A DNA stretch of 64,000 bases from Klebsormidium nitens (GCA_000708835.1 DF237024.1:173267-237266), one strand, 5' to 3'; positions 12,101 through 32,834 are shown, numbered from the stretch's first letter. The notes: a model not told the origin generated them from the letters alone. A program made the numbers and translations.

Positions 12101-15100
12101 TGTGCGTGCCCTGTCTCGATATACAGCTACAGTAGCTACACTCACCTCTAAACTGAGTTCATCACAGTTCTGGACCGCAGACGAGTTCCTTGGAAGGCAA
12201 TTGCTGCTCAAAGGGTGTGTCTAGATCGAGATTGTTATAAGTTCGGACGTTCAAGGAGTCAGCTCGAAACCGATATCTGCCGTTGTTCACCGAAGATTTT
12301 CATTTTGAGGTCTGCAGGTTTGACGATCAGGACGACACCGCCCTGTACACCGCCGCTTCGGACGGTCTAGTTTCGTGTACGGACATGGACACGGGGTCCG
12401 CACAGAACCTGATTGATCTCAATCCGAACGGCTGGCAGGTACGCCCGGAGTTTTCCGCGAGTTGCTTTTGCACTCAGCGGTGTTTCATAACCTTAGACGC
12501 TTCGTTTGACCGGCTTGTTTCCGTTGTTGGCATGTTGTAGTACTCGCTCTTAACGCGCCGCTGAGACGTTATCCGTCAGCATTTCCCGTGAGCCTGTTCT
12601 GGCGTTTATTGCAACTCCAACCATTTTCGGTTCCTTAAGCAGGTTCTTTAAGCAGCCTCCAAGGGAGTCGCCGACTATATTCCTATTCAATGGTCAGAGA
12701 GGATAAGCCGCTGACACGTGTCACTCGCTCATTCGGCAGGGCCCCGCCACGTGGAAGATGGTGTACGGGATGGACGTGTGCCGGAGTCGGCAGCTCATCA
12801 TTGCGGGGGACGACGAGGGGTTTCTGCACATGGTGGATAAGCGGACGAAGAAACGGACGTCGGCAAAGATTCAAATTCACAAAAAGGGGAGCAAGGTCGT
12901 CGGCGTGCACTGCAACCCGTGTAGCGGGGACGTCTTCATGACTGCCAGTGAGTCTCTTTTGAATCTCTAGATCCTGAAGCCTTAGGACCAAATCCAGAGT
13001 CCCAAAAAGAAGTACACGGGCGCAGAGATCGGGGGCCACAAGAAAGGGAGCAACGTTGGCGTGCGTCTTAAAACAATTTTTTCCATAATTGCTGGTGAGT
13101 CCCCTAAGAATGCTGATACTGGAAATATCAGGACGCGAGCGGGCGCATGCACAGACTGAACCGANNNNNNNNNNNNNNNNNNNNNNNNNNNNNNNNNNNN
13201 NNNNNNNNNNNNNNNNNNNNNNNNNNNNNNNNNNNNNNNNNNNNNNNNNNNNNNNNNNNNNNNNNNNNNNNNNNNNNNNNNNNNNNNNNNNNNNNNNNNN
13301 NNNNNNNNNNNNNNNNNNNNNNNNNNNNNNNNNNNNNNNNNGTCTGGTGAGTCCCTAACGAATAGCTGATACTGGAATATCAGGACGCGAGCGGGCGCAT
13401 GCACAGACTGAACCGATTTTTTTTATCGACGGTGACAAGATGGACGGTGGTGACGGCAGCCGTCAGGCTTGGTTCCCAACGGTTTTGAATGTGCGGTTCC
13501 CCCTGCAGGCAACGATCACACCGCCGATATGGTGTGGTTGGTGATCGTTTGTATCTTCCACCTGTGCGCGCTGCACGCTTGCAGAGGGCACACTTGCAGT
13601 AATAAGCAACGTGATTGTTATCAGACTGCCTTCGCACAGTGTATACGAGAGTAATCTTGCTACTTTGCACGTAACGATCGCACGGCGAGGTCTTCGACCT
13701 GCGCACCTTGACGTGCGCACCTTTTATATTAAGGATTGCGCAGTTCTCAAAAGCCTGAACGTGCTTCGCGCTAGGCTTCTTTCTTAGATTACCCAAACGG
13801 AGGTTCTCAACCTTTGCTAGGTAACGATCACACCGCCAAGATCTTCGACCTGCGCACGTTGGACGCGCGGGAAAAGATGAGCCCGTCTCTCGCGGAGTTG
13901 GAGCACCCTCGGGTCGTCAACGCCGCCTACTTCTCGCCCTTCACTGGCAGCAAGATTCTGACCACGTGTCAGGTGAGGATTGGCTGGAATTCGGCGGAAG
14001 CAGGGTTTTGTTTACTGGCGTTTCGGCTTCCCTCTCGGGAATTGTGGGAGAAGTGGTCAGGTGCAGTTGATTCGCACTTTCCCAGCCAGACGCAATCTTG
14101 CGGTTCGGTGTTCGATTGAATTGCGTTCGTTCTATTGCACATAAGAGGAACTTCGAGACCGTCAGGCTTTATCAAGCGTGTGGCCGGGAAAGGTCGTATT
14201 AGCAGAACGCGGACCTGATTGGAAAGGCTTTCAATATTGGGATCCCGAGTGGAACTCTGTGAGCATATTTGTCGCTTGTTCTCCTTGCTGCAACTTCCTC
14301 CAGAATCCGAGAACCGTTTCTCTACAAGCAGCTTTGTAAATGAGAGCACGGCCTTCGTAAGCTTGTTGACACAGTCTTATTGTGTGCATGTCTCAAACTC
14401 TCCCATAATTTCGAAATCGAATGCGGGACAACAGGTTACGGGTCTGGGACTACATATCGTCAGGATCCTGACTGGGATTTCGTCCACAGCCACAACAAGA
14501 CGTGCTCGTCCGACTCCTCTAGGTCATATGTATATTGATTGTAGGACAACCGGTTACGGGTCTGGGACTACATCTATGGTGACCTGTCGGAGCCCAACCG
14601 CGAAATCGTCCACAGCCACGACTTCAACCGCTACCTTACGCCCTTCAAAGCCGAGTGGGATCCCCGTGACGTCACCGAGAACCTGGTCGTCATTGGGCGT
14701 TACATCAGCCACGACTTTGACGGCGTCGCGTTGCACCCGGTGGATTTCATCGACGCTTCTACCGGGGGGTTAGCGGGCGAAGTGTGGGACCCGAACATTA
14801 CGACGATCAGCCCGGTCAACAAGCTGCACCCACGGTTGGACGTCCTGGCAACCGGGTCGTCGAGGTGGGTTATTGAGAAGGGTTTACTTCTCAGGTTCCA
14901 GCTTTATAGAGTTTGGGTTTTGGCTTGCGGATTGCGGGTGCTGTGTTGAGGATTCCGAGTTCCCGAGTTCTGGGTTCTAAGTTCTGGATTCGGGTTCTGA
15001 GCTCTGGGTTCCAGGGCTTCGGGTATTGGAAGGATGATGAAGGATGATGGGGTTCAAAGTAAAATGGTATCTGGGTTTGGATTTTGTGAGGGGAGTCTGC

Positions 15101-15615
15101 GGATGCGGATGTGGGTCTCCAAATGGAGGTCATGGCTTCCAGATGAGTTGTTGTTTTCTCCCTTGTGGAAGATCGGGTATTTTTAGCCTTCAACAGTGAG
15201 GGACTTTGTCTCGAACCTCGAATCAAATGAACCGAGGTTTCTGACCACACTCAGGAGTTTGCCTGTGTTCGTACAAGCTGGTTCTTCATGCCCCACCTAC
15301 GCTAGGTTGATCGTCTGTTCCCCAACTTCCTTCTTTGGTAAACCTCCTTGGGAGCGGAATGACAAATCAAGGCGCAGTAAGCCGGTTCTTGGAACTTGAC
15401 ACTACCCTTTTCCCCGACGCAGGTCTCTCTTCATCTGGCGGCCCAATCCGGACGAGGAAGAGGACGACAGTGTCAAGGAGGCGACCCGGCAGATGCTCAC
15501 GGAGGTCCTCATTTACAACGCGGAGGAAGCCACCGACGCGAAGAAGAAAAAGAAGAAGAGTGCGGACATAGACGATTTGGCGGCAGCCGCAAAGAAGAAG
15601 AAATCGGCCGGCTGA
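9163..15615 (+). CDS. DDB2: UV-damaged DNA-binding protein 2 (plant DDB2: acidic N-terminus, CCHC zinc knuckles, WD40 propeller)
   Basis: Exons 9163-9300, 10311-10430, 10848-10938, 11082-11209, 11655-11866, 12318-12438, 12740-12947, 13821-13972, 14545-14864 and 15423-15615 have consistent phases. Motifs [69 protein letters not shown] and [21 protein letters not shown] match plant DDB2 as I recall it. Confidence 0.95.
14952..15030. repeat. Degenerate 7-bp periodic repeat (G(A/G)GTTCT-like) in the last DDB2 intron
   Basis: gattccgagttcccgagttctgggttctaagttctggattcgggttctgagctctgggttccagggcttcggg. Confidence 0.55.
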
Positions 15616-16778
15616 GTGATGCAGCACTCGGGGCGCGAAACCATGCAGGATTGTTGTTTATCGGACCGATCATACCCATGGGAGTGAATCGTACTCCATG
15701 GAAGTGAAGCCTTGTCAGCGAACGGGCCAGACTGTCCGATTGAAGTGGCCTAAATAGATGGAAGGTCGTCAACGGTCGTTGATTTGATTTGTTAAGAACA
15801 AACAATGCGCTTTGGAGGAGATCATGTACAAGGTAATTACTTGCTGGCTTGTATCGTTGTTGGGCTTGAAAAACTTATGTGTGGGTATAAGATTGGCGAT
15901 CGGGCTGGCGCTTCCAGTTTTGCAGCGCAGACTCAATACTAGCTTCGAACTATTGGGCCAAAGATTGAGGGGCAGTGAACGTTTGAATGAGTCTGCCGTG
16001 CACTTACTTGGTTGCTGGATATGCGAGCAAGCGGGCAGCCTGCATTACAACGTACGGCAAGCCTGAAGCGTGTCTGACACCAACGACATTGAACTTGAAG
16101 GCTAGAGCACTCCGACTACCAGGCGTAGCCGCCTGGGGTACAATTGGACGGTCTGCGACCTTTGCAGACAATGAGCCTTCGATCATTGCCGGGTGCTTCA
16201 TTGATATTGCCGCATTAGTATAGTCACTCAGCGCAGCCCGAAGAACTATTGGCCCCTTGGGTACGTCGGCCGGGTCTGCAGCTACTCGATCAGCATGCAT
16301 CGTTCATTTTAAGCTGCCATGGTTTAGTAATGTGCCTGCCACTCGTTGCACGGCCACACGTGCGATTCTTTTATATAATCATGTACATATGTGCATATTT
16401 TACGTATGTACGTAGCTTTTAGCCTACTAGCCTGCTCCAAGCTAGGCAGCAGATGGCCGATCATGTTGCCGTGATGGTCGAGAATCTGACATATTAGTAT
16501 AACCATGACGTTTTGGCATGGTTCAGATAGACTGGTCAGCATGTATACTGACCTTCCATTGAAATCTTGCCGCTAGCTTCTGATGCAAGTGCGAACGGTG
16601 TAGCTCATTGCACGACTCACTGCCTGGGCCGGGCCGGACTGGAGGGAGCCGGAGACCCTCCGGGACTACATAAGAACGTGTCTTCCGATTTGGTATCAAG
16701 CACGCATTAGCACCCCCAAAGCTTCCATTAAAGGTAAAGAACCGTTTCCTGATTGACAATGTCCAACTCGCGACAGTC

Positions 16779-19700
16779 TCAGGAGAGCCCTTGAAAGGCC
16801 TCCATCTGCAACTTCTCCACCACTTGCTCCACCCCTTCCCTGTACAAGTCCCTCGACCGGGGCTTCTCCTTTTCCACCCGACCGTGCGGCCCCGGGCTGC
16901 CAATGCGGCTGCCAAAGCCCCCGGGGCTGGCCGGGTCGTCTTCCCCGTGGAAATCGAGCGGCCGGTACTCGGGACTTGGGTCGCCCACCAGGTAGTTTAG
17001 CCGTCGGTGGACGGAAGCGGCGGGCGGAAGAGGGGAGAGCGGAATGTCCGGGATTCCGGTCCGGTTGAGGAAGCGGGTGATGAGGCCCCGGAGGAAGGGC
17101 GTCATGGTTTCGGGCTGGTTCTCGTGGTAGAACATGAGGCTGCCCATGCACAGACAGAAGAGGGCGACCTGCAGGAAGGACGAGATGCGATTCCAAGGCA
17201 ATCATGCTCAAACTTTCGCTAATTTCGGCACTTAGTCGGGGCTGCAAGTCGGGGTGTTTGGTGAAAACAGAGCGCGCTTGAAGTCGGTTTGTTTTGCTAC
17301 AGTAACGATATTAAAGTCGGGCTGTCTGTTACAATCAAAGAACTTGAAGTCGGGGTGTTTGCTACAAACAAAGCGCGCTTGAAATTGAGGTGCTTGTTAC
17401 GCAACAGCGGTTGGTTCCTGTCGGCAAGAAAGCAGTCGTCAAAGGAAAAGGCCCGAATTCGGAGCTTGTGACGAGGGAGACTGTGAGTGCCAGGAGACGT
17501 GAGTACAGTTAATGCTGAAAGCATGCGCAGAGGGAGCAGCCGCCGTCGTCCGTACTATGCGAAAGCCAGAAGCAGCCGGCCGTGCACGAAAATGTACCAT
17601 TGCGAACAAAGCCCCTTCAAGACTACACAATGGACAACGTTACAAGCCTGATGTCGCCGCCCACGTCATCATGAGCGCGTGCTCAACTCAACATGCCGAA
17701 TCTCCGGGAGCAGCCGCCAATCCACGAGGATGTGCTGCCGTCCATCAAGCGCGTTCAACACGCTTATGGAACAAAATCATCTGGTGACGTCAGAACAGGC
17801 GTGCCGACGTCAGCGTGCCGCACTCACCCCGGCGTGCCGGATCTCCGGGAGCAGCTGCCGGTGCACGAGGATGTACCACAGCGAACCAACCCGCTCTAAA
17901 AACTCCACCACACACGTCTTTTTTTGAAATCATATAACAAGAAGCGCCCGGGTCATCATAAAGACCTGCTCAACATGATTGTTATCAAAGTGCTTCATCA
18001 CGCTTACCTCAGCGTGCGGTAACTTGGGAAGCAGCCGCCGGTGCACGAGGATGTACCACAGCGAGTCGGCGGCGCGCGGGAGCACGTACAGCGCGAGCTC
18101 CGCGCGCCGGTTCTTCTTCTCGAGCAGCACGGACAGCGCAGCGAACGCGCCCGCGACCCAGTAGACCGACTTGTGGTCGCGGCTCGCAAACTTGCGCTGC
18201 GTGCAGATGACGCCCTGCGGAGGTTGGGGGAAGATGACGTGAACAGATGACGAATCAAGGGGCCGAGGGTTCGTCAGCGTCCTGGTAAAGAGATGCTCGA
18301 GATCGCGGGGCTAAGAGCGCCCTGAATCGCGCCCGCTATCCAGCAACGGGGCTTCATCATGGCGGTTGCCGATCTTGCACTGAGTGCACTTGACATTAAG
18401 ATGGGAAGCTTGATGTCAGCACACGCTAAAGGTTACCAGCAGTTGGAAAGCTGACAAAGACCTATCTCACGGAAACCAGGGGAGCTTTATTCCCAACTGA
18501 GGGAAACAAGACTGCTGCATTGTGACGGCTCTGGATACAGCATATTGTGGATTTTTAGATTCAACCTCGTCATCAAGCCGATGACGCCATGCGGGATCTG
18601 GTCTGTCAACAGCCAAAGCTGGGCAAGTGAGGTGACAGCCACGGCCTAATAACCGTTCTACGACTTTGCCCTTCGTGCAGCGACCGATTGAAACTGCAAG
18701 AGCGGGGTCAAGGAGAATCAGTAACTATGGGACCGGGGCCGGGGACGCTGTTGGAAGGGCTGACGTGGCGGGGTTTAGGGCCGAAACCCTGGGCTAGGCC
18801 TTCTTCCAACCAATCATTGAGCTTGAAGCCCCCGGTCAAAACCCTAATCCTCGCCACGTCAGCCCTTCCAACAGCGTCCCCGGTCCCGGTCCCCAAATTA
18901 CTAATTCTCGTTGACCCCGCTCTGAAAGCTGAAAGACGGGCACTTGGGACATCACTTTCAAAGCCTCACCTGATAGATGCCGACGAACGCCGACAGAAAC
19001 GCCGTTGACCGGACTGCGCCGCGCGTGGCGGTAAACAACGTTCGAAGCGGAGCTTGCGTAAACTGCACAGAAGTTACCCATTTCAGCTTTTTTTGGCTCG
19101 TTACATAAATGCACTTCCGTCGTCAGCACACTGGCGAAGGCGCGTGAAAAACAAGCTGTGGTTTTGCACTAAACCCTGACGGCAGGATCACTCGGCCGGA
19201 CCAGCAAACCAACTTTGTCCGTCGTCTTTAACGGAAGCCTTTGCCGAGGAAAACGTGGGTCAGGAGGTTGCGAATCGCATGAGCGACCGTGACGACATCT
19301 ACCACGCAGCCTAGGAAAGAGACTACACAAAGAACGGTCCGAGAAGACTATATACAGAAAGACGTAACTCAACTTCAGTAGTTAGCTGAAGAAGATGCTA
19401 CATTCAGCTGACTACGAAGAAGCTAGCTGAAGAACTTAGCATCTTCTTCAATACTTCAATACTTCATTTTTCCAGAATGAAAGTTGTCCATTCTGGAATC
19501 GAGCAATCGAGCGTTGCAGCCCCACCTTTTGGAGGTTGAGCACGACGAAGGGCACAAACGTGAGCGACATGTACAGCGGAAACGTCTTCTTGAACACGGA
19601 CCGCATCGCGTTGCCGTTGTGCGTGAAGCAATTGGAGGTGTCGGGGTGCAACACGGAGCACGGGATGATCTTGGGCTGTCGCCCGATGGTCAGCGGGAGC

Positions 19701-22700
19701 CGCGACGGGGCGACCTTTCTGAGAATGGAGGAGATGGAGACGGTTTGATATAACCAGTCTACACAGCCCAAGCTTGATTAGGGTATTTTGCAATCCTTGG
19801 ACAGGGTGATACTGGATACCAGATCTGACTTTGATTACAGTGTTTTGCCGCACCCGGTCTGTAGCTGAACCCTTCGACCGGTGCACTTCGAATGGCAGAA
19901 TCGACGCTGAAAGCTCCTTTTTAAAAAGCTCTTTCACAACTTAGACGCCCAACACAGGACTCCCGCAAGTCTCGCAGCAGGAGCATTCAAGTTTCGGGAT
20001 TGTGCGTTCTTGACAGGCTCTATCTGCCTTGCCGCTCAGACGCACAATCCACATTGAGCTTTCATAAGCAGGAACAAACCGTGAAAGCAACAGCAGCGTG
20101 CCTCCGAACAAACCCGAAGACACTCACGAAGAAACAACGACCTTCTCCAAATGCACTCGCAGAGGCAGTCCCAAGACTAGAGTGATTGGCCCTTCCTTCT
20201 CTCAACGTAGCTTTAGTCCGCATATACCTGCGAACAATGTAACATAATAGAAGGACGAGACTTAAAAAATCTATTGCATACCGGATGTAGGACGTCAACT
20301 CTGCAAGATCTACGCTCTCCCCTCGGACGGTGCTCTTGACCGCTTTCAAGACCGGCTTCGCAATCGGCCCCGTTCGTGCGATGAACTCCCAGTACGAGTT
20401 ATTGAGGGTCTCGGGCCGCATGACGTACGCGTACATGACCTGCAACAGAGCGACGGCGGAGTGACGTCAGACACTCTTGAAAGGAAGAACGCGCGCGGTT
20501 CGTTTGGGACGGAAGCAGAAACGAATGTCTGCATACATGTATGCATACATGACTGACAAGACAAGGCGAGAGGAACAACGCGATTAACTTCCGGATCGGA
20601 CAACTATACAACGTGATGTTTACAAAGCTGGAGTGTCAACTGCGAAGTCAAAAACGGACGCGACGAGGAGTCAGAAGCCGTCTTTGGGCATGGAAGATGG
20701 CGGCTCTTATGAGTCTGATTGGCCAGAACAGGGTCTGCTCCCTGTCTTAAAGCAACAAAGTCATCATGACCGGCATCGATGAAGCATTTCCGCACAGCAA
20801 AAGTACGCACGCTACTTCGACTCTTCCGGCAAAAGGACTCTCTTCCTACATGCATGACTACGATTAGAACGGCCACCTTGAAAGCATCTTCGCGCAACAA
20901 GAGAACGCACAAAGCCCTCACCTGCGAGGCCAGCACAAAAAGCGGCGTGTCCCCGTGCTGCCAATGATACAATTAAAATCCTATATCATCGGCTAGGTGT
21001 AAAACGGGCAATGATGTAACATCTCCGCATACTAGAGTACACACACAATACACTCACCTGTGCTGAGGCCAGCGCAAAGAGAAGCGTGTCCCCGTGTTGC
21101 CAGTGGCTCCCCCAAAAGTGCCACTTGCCCTTCGACTTCGCGAAATTGTACGAGCACTGGAAGACACGCGCCAGGAGGTAGAGCGCGAAGGTGCGTCGCC
21201 GCGTGGGATTGTCGATCGCCGAAAGCGAGAGTCCGGCCACAGAACCAGCGATAAAGCTGCAGACGACGCGGCGGTTTGAGCATGTTTGTTGGTGCGTCAA
21301 TCTGCCTGACCACGTTGGAAAAGAACGTTGATTTGGCCAACAAGAAGAGGGCCCCCGAAAAGTCTTGGTTCCCCTTGACGCATCCCTGCGGAAGCTGTTG
21401 GCGGAAGACATATTATAGCAAAACCATGACTCTCGCTGCGCTGTCACTGGACTTTGCTGACGTACGTCGAATTTCAGGTCCTGCGAGTCGCGGCAGATTG
21501 AGTCCGCACAAAATACGCAGATACCATCTCAGGCATGCAGAGTGTGTAACCTTGAAAGAACCACTTCAACGAGCCTGCCGCTGGAGCCAGGGCATCGTTG
21601 CGAGCCAGAGACATCCATGTCAAACTCCAAACGGTTTCCAAATGAAAGGCATCCAAAGTGTAAGACCAGAACAACTGCTGTCTTGCCAGATTAGTAGGTG
21701 ATCAAGCAGGAACCAGGTCACTCGACAGCAGTGATGTGCCTTCAAGGAGAAGTAAGACCTTCTCGTTTCTGCCAAGCTGTGCTATGACAGAGCATGGCAC
21801 TGTTAAACGCACCTGTTTGCGTCAGACTCGCGGTTAGTCAGCCGCCGGAGCAAACAGCGCATGAAGTGGTAGGTCCCAGTGAAGCCGCCGAAGAGGAGGC
21901 CGATTCTACATGCCTCCTCCCTGATCACCAGGTTCTTCTCGGATAGGAGCAGCTGCAGATCGTGACCGAAAATCGGAAGTCGTCAGATTGTTCGGTTATG
22001 AGCCCTTCTCGGTGTGGCGCCGTGTCAAAGTAACCACAGTGGAACCTTTATGTGCAACCTTCTCCATCATGACCTCAACAAACGCTTTAAACGAAACAGG
22101 AGGGACATCAGAAGCAAGAGGCAACTTCTGTCAGTGTGTAAGTTTGCATGAGAACGAAGTTGTGAGTGTACGGACTACTGACAATCATAAAGGGAACAGC
22201 CGGCTCAACAATTGCGTGCAGACTGAGATATCGTATTCGCATGTGTCTGAATGTGGTCCTGAGTAGGACTCCAGCACGAACCGAAACATGTGTGCAACGC
22301 TCGGCGATAGTTGGTCCTCAGAAGCGCGTAGATCCTAACTATTTGACACCGCAGCTGAAGTTTAGGAACAAAGAACCTGTAAGACGTGTGACAGGCACAC
22401 AGATTTGAGTTGATTGAGTCGCACCTGGAGATCTAGCACCTCTGCCGGCCGTTTTCGAAGTAAGACAAAGGACCGGAGAAGCACTCCAATCCCTGCTCGG
22501 ACTCCATATGCTAGAAGGAAGCTCTGAATGAGGCTGCCTGCGGCATGCGTGAAGCAAGCATCGCCATGCTGGCAGAGAGGATGTCGCCCTACACGTAGAA
22601 AAAGATTCTGCAATGAGAGATAGTTTGTTTCTGGTTTGAGTACTAGAGGTTGACCGCCCTGCTTTTTTCTCAAGTTCAGGATGTTACTCTCACATTCAGG

Positions 22701-23278
22701 ATGTTTGTAGGATGCTTTGAATAAGCTGTCAGAAGTGAAAGTGATGACAGAGTCCGAAATCCTGGCGCATTATTTGTAGAAAGAGACGTCAATCTATCAT
22801 GGTTAATTGCACAGCCTGAAGAAATACTGTAAATCATCTATCAACTCTGAACGACAGAGGCGAATGAGAGACCAGAGCTTCTTTTTTTGCAACAATAATA
22901 AGATGTCAACCAGATAAAAAGGTCGAAAGAAAAGAGGACTCTCACTACTGAAGTCCCACTTTGATAAAGCGTGGCCACTTCTGCTTCAGATGTTTACCAA
23001 CTACCATGAGCTTCTCTCAGCATTGTCTGAGCACAAGAGGCGGGGAAAAAGAAGTAAGTAGAATGCAAGAAGGTTTCACCTGTGAATATGTTTCCGCAAG
23101 CCACGTGCCCGTCCTCCTCATGGCTGCGGTGCTTTTGCCGCTGGATTTCTGCCACCGCCTCCGCCAGCTTCATCTCCGCTTCCTGCAACCTCCGCTCTGT
23201 CTCGGCCTTCTCGAGGGCCAGCCTCGTGGACGGGTCCTGGCTCAACATGACGGTGGCACTTGGAGTCATAACCACCAT
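16779..23278 (-). CDS. TMEM135: TMEM135 / Tim17-Tim22-Tim23-Pmp24 family membrane protein (plant long form)
   Basis: Exons read as about 23278-23080, 22588-22424, ~21952-21813, ~21260-21058, ~20442-20282, ~19720-19531, ~19062-18970, ~18216-18008 and 17168-16779. Motifs QSFLLAYGVRAGIGVLLR, REEACRIGLLFGGFTG, RRRTFALYLLAR, WGSHWQHGDTLLF, PCSVLHP, RRAELALYVLPRA and MTPFLRGLITRFL are present. The start codon is uncertain (23278, 23269 or 23248). Confidence 0.88.
18700..18922. mobile_element. MITE/foldback element with ~85-bp terminal inverted repeats (Mutator-like) in a TMEM135 intron
   Basis: 18700-18785 matches the reverse complement of 18838-18922 closely, including the perfect stretch CCGGGGACGCTGTTGGAAGGGCTGACGTGGCG. 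The ends are G...C and the flanks tgaaactgcaa / tgaaagctgaaa resemble a decayed 10-11 bp TSD. Confidence 0.75.
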
Positions 23279-23972
23279 CTCTCCATCGCTACTGCGGTTG
23301 CTTCCCATAGGCCCCGAAGTATTATCCAATATATATCATACCATTTGAGTGCTTTTGTATTATGTCAAAGCCCTGCTGAGTAGCCCTGCTGATAGGGGCA
23401 CACCCCCACTTTAAGCTAGACAGAGGAACACCAGTTGCGTGCACCAATCCAGTCTCCTCCGTTGCATGTTTCTAGCTCTGCAAATAGACTGTTCAATCTG
23501 CATAGCTATGTGCGATATAATTCAGCTGCTTCTTATGGTTGCGCCTTCTGGTTCTCGTTGTCATTCTAGATTTTAGATAAGTCCTCGCTAACAACCTCAA
23601 AACTTCTTCTGCAAATGCTCACGGAGGCTTGTCTTCAATCGCTTGAATTGTGAAAGGATTCTCAAAATCACCTATCGGACCACCTTTCCAGACGTTTCAA
23701 AATGAAGAACAAACGAGGATTGAGGCGTAAAGGTTTTGCCCAGCGCCTCGCAGAAGACACTCATGTTGCTTTCATACGTTCCAGACAAAACAGATGCCTG
23801 AGCTGAGGGGCGCCCATGCAAACAAATCCGAATTTGCAACTTCAAAAATAATCTAGAAATTAGCCGTCCCAGCTGGCAGCAGCCCAGGGCCAAGGCTGCC
23901 TACTCAGCAGATTTTGCCACTTTTACTATTAATTAGGGTTCGCTGTCTCTCCCAATCGTTTGCTAACCCTAA

Positions 23973-24168
23973 GGGTACCGTCATTTTAAANNNNNNNNNN
24001 NNNNNNNNNNNNNNNNNNNNNNNNNNNNNNNNNNNNNNNNNNNNNNNNNNNNNNNNNNNNNNNNNNNNNNNNNNNNNNNNNNNNNNNNNNNNNNNNNNNN
24101 NNNNNNNNNNNNNNNNNNNNNNNNAATCAGAATACCTACCCCGCTGCCACTTCAAAGTGACGGTACCC
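23973..24168. mobile_element. PIF/Harbinger (Tourist-like) MITE
   Basis: TIRs GGGTACCGTCA(T/C)TTT(A/G)AA at 23973-23990 and 24151-24168 are flanked by a direct TAA repeat (23970-23972, 24169-24171). The interior is largely N. Confidence 0.7.
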
Positions 24169-24316
24169 TAACAGTAAAGCTGTGCATCTCGCGTAGATCT
24201 GGGGGAGAGGGAAAGCCTAAGGCTATTAGGTGCGTGCAGATCAACATTTCTTTGCCAAAGGTTCAGCCTTCTTTGCACAGGCGCTCCTTTCTGCGCTTTC
24301 AACAACCTCTGACAAG

Positions 24317-32001
<7,685 letters not shown>

Positions 32002-32834
32002 CAACTCTCATGATCGACTTATTGATGCTTTAAGTTGACCAGAAGAGACTGTACGTCGCATGATTGCGCGTGTGGTGTGAAGCTTGGACGGAATGATATC
32101 CCTGAAACGTTGGTACATTGTAATGACTTGTGGTGTTCGAATGTTAAGGTACATCTAGGCCATGGCATGCGCATATATGAGCAAAGATATCATGCACCGT
32201 CACTGTAATTGCACATGTATCACGCGTACGTTTCCTTCGTTTATAGATTCATCCGCGGACTCAATCATAGTTTAAAGGCCGTATATAAAAGAATCCTTTG
32301 TAAATAAGAATTGGCCTTAGTATACTGGAGCCGGCGCGCGCCGCCTATATACGACAGGCCATATCCGTATCCTACAGGCCGCCTCTAGATATCGGTGCCA
32401 ATACGGGTCCAGTCCGGATGTCTGCTTCCGATCAATCGTTCAATTACGGTTGAATAGAGTGACATGCGCGTGACCTCGATGATCCCCTTTTCTGGCTTGG
32501 TTGTCATGGAAGCGCTCAAGATGTTCGAGGTCGTGGGAAATCAAGAGCCTGCCCAGACCGTCAATATGAATACGTACTAGCTTTGTATTACATGGAAAAT
32601 CTGCCCTTCTCAGGCATGCATGAATAGGCATGCGTGTCCGACCTCTTAAGCACAGCTGCCACCGTCACACCGTGAGTTGAGAACGTGCGATTACATGCAT
32701 GAAGCTGCGCGACAAGCCGAAGCGACTGGCCAAACATGGCGCAATAAGAAAAAAGTTGATGTCTGTGCGCATACAAAAGCTACCTCAAAGCAAGACGTCA
32801 CATGATCCATTTCTGTACAGCGTTTCGAGTCTTT

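Noticed and set aside
13092-13415. ~73-bp direct repeat on both sides of the N-gap in a DDB2 intron
   Set aside because: The copies differ only by single-base indels next to the gap, typical of an unmerged read overlap. Treated as an assembly artefact.
19387-19450. 14-bp inverted repeat (tgaagaagatgcta) in a TMEM135 intron
   Set aside because: It is short, has no TSD and lies in locally low-complexity sequence.
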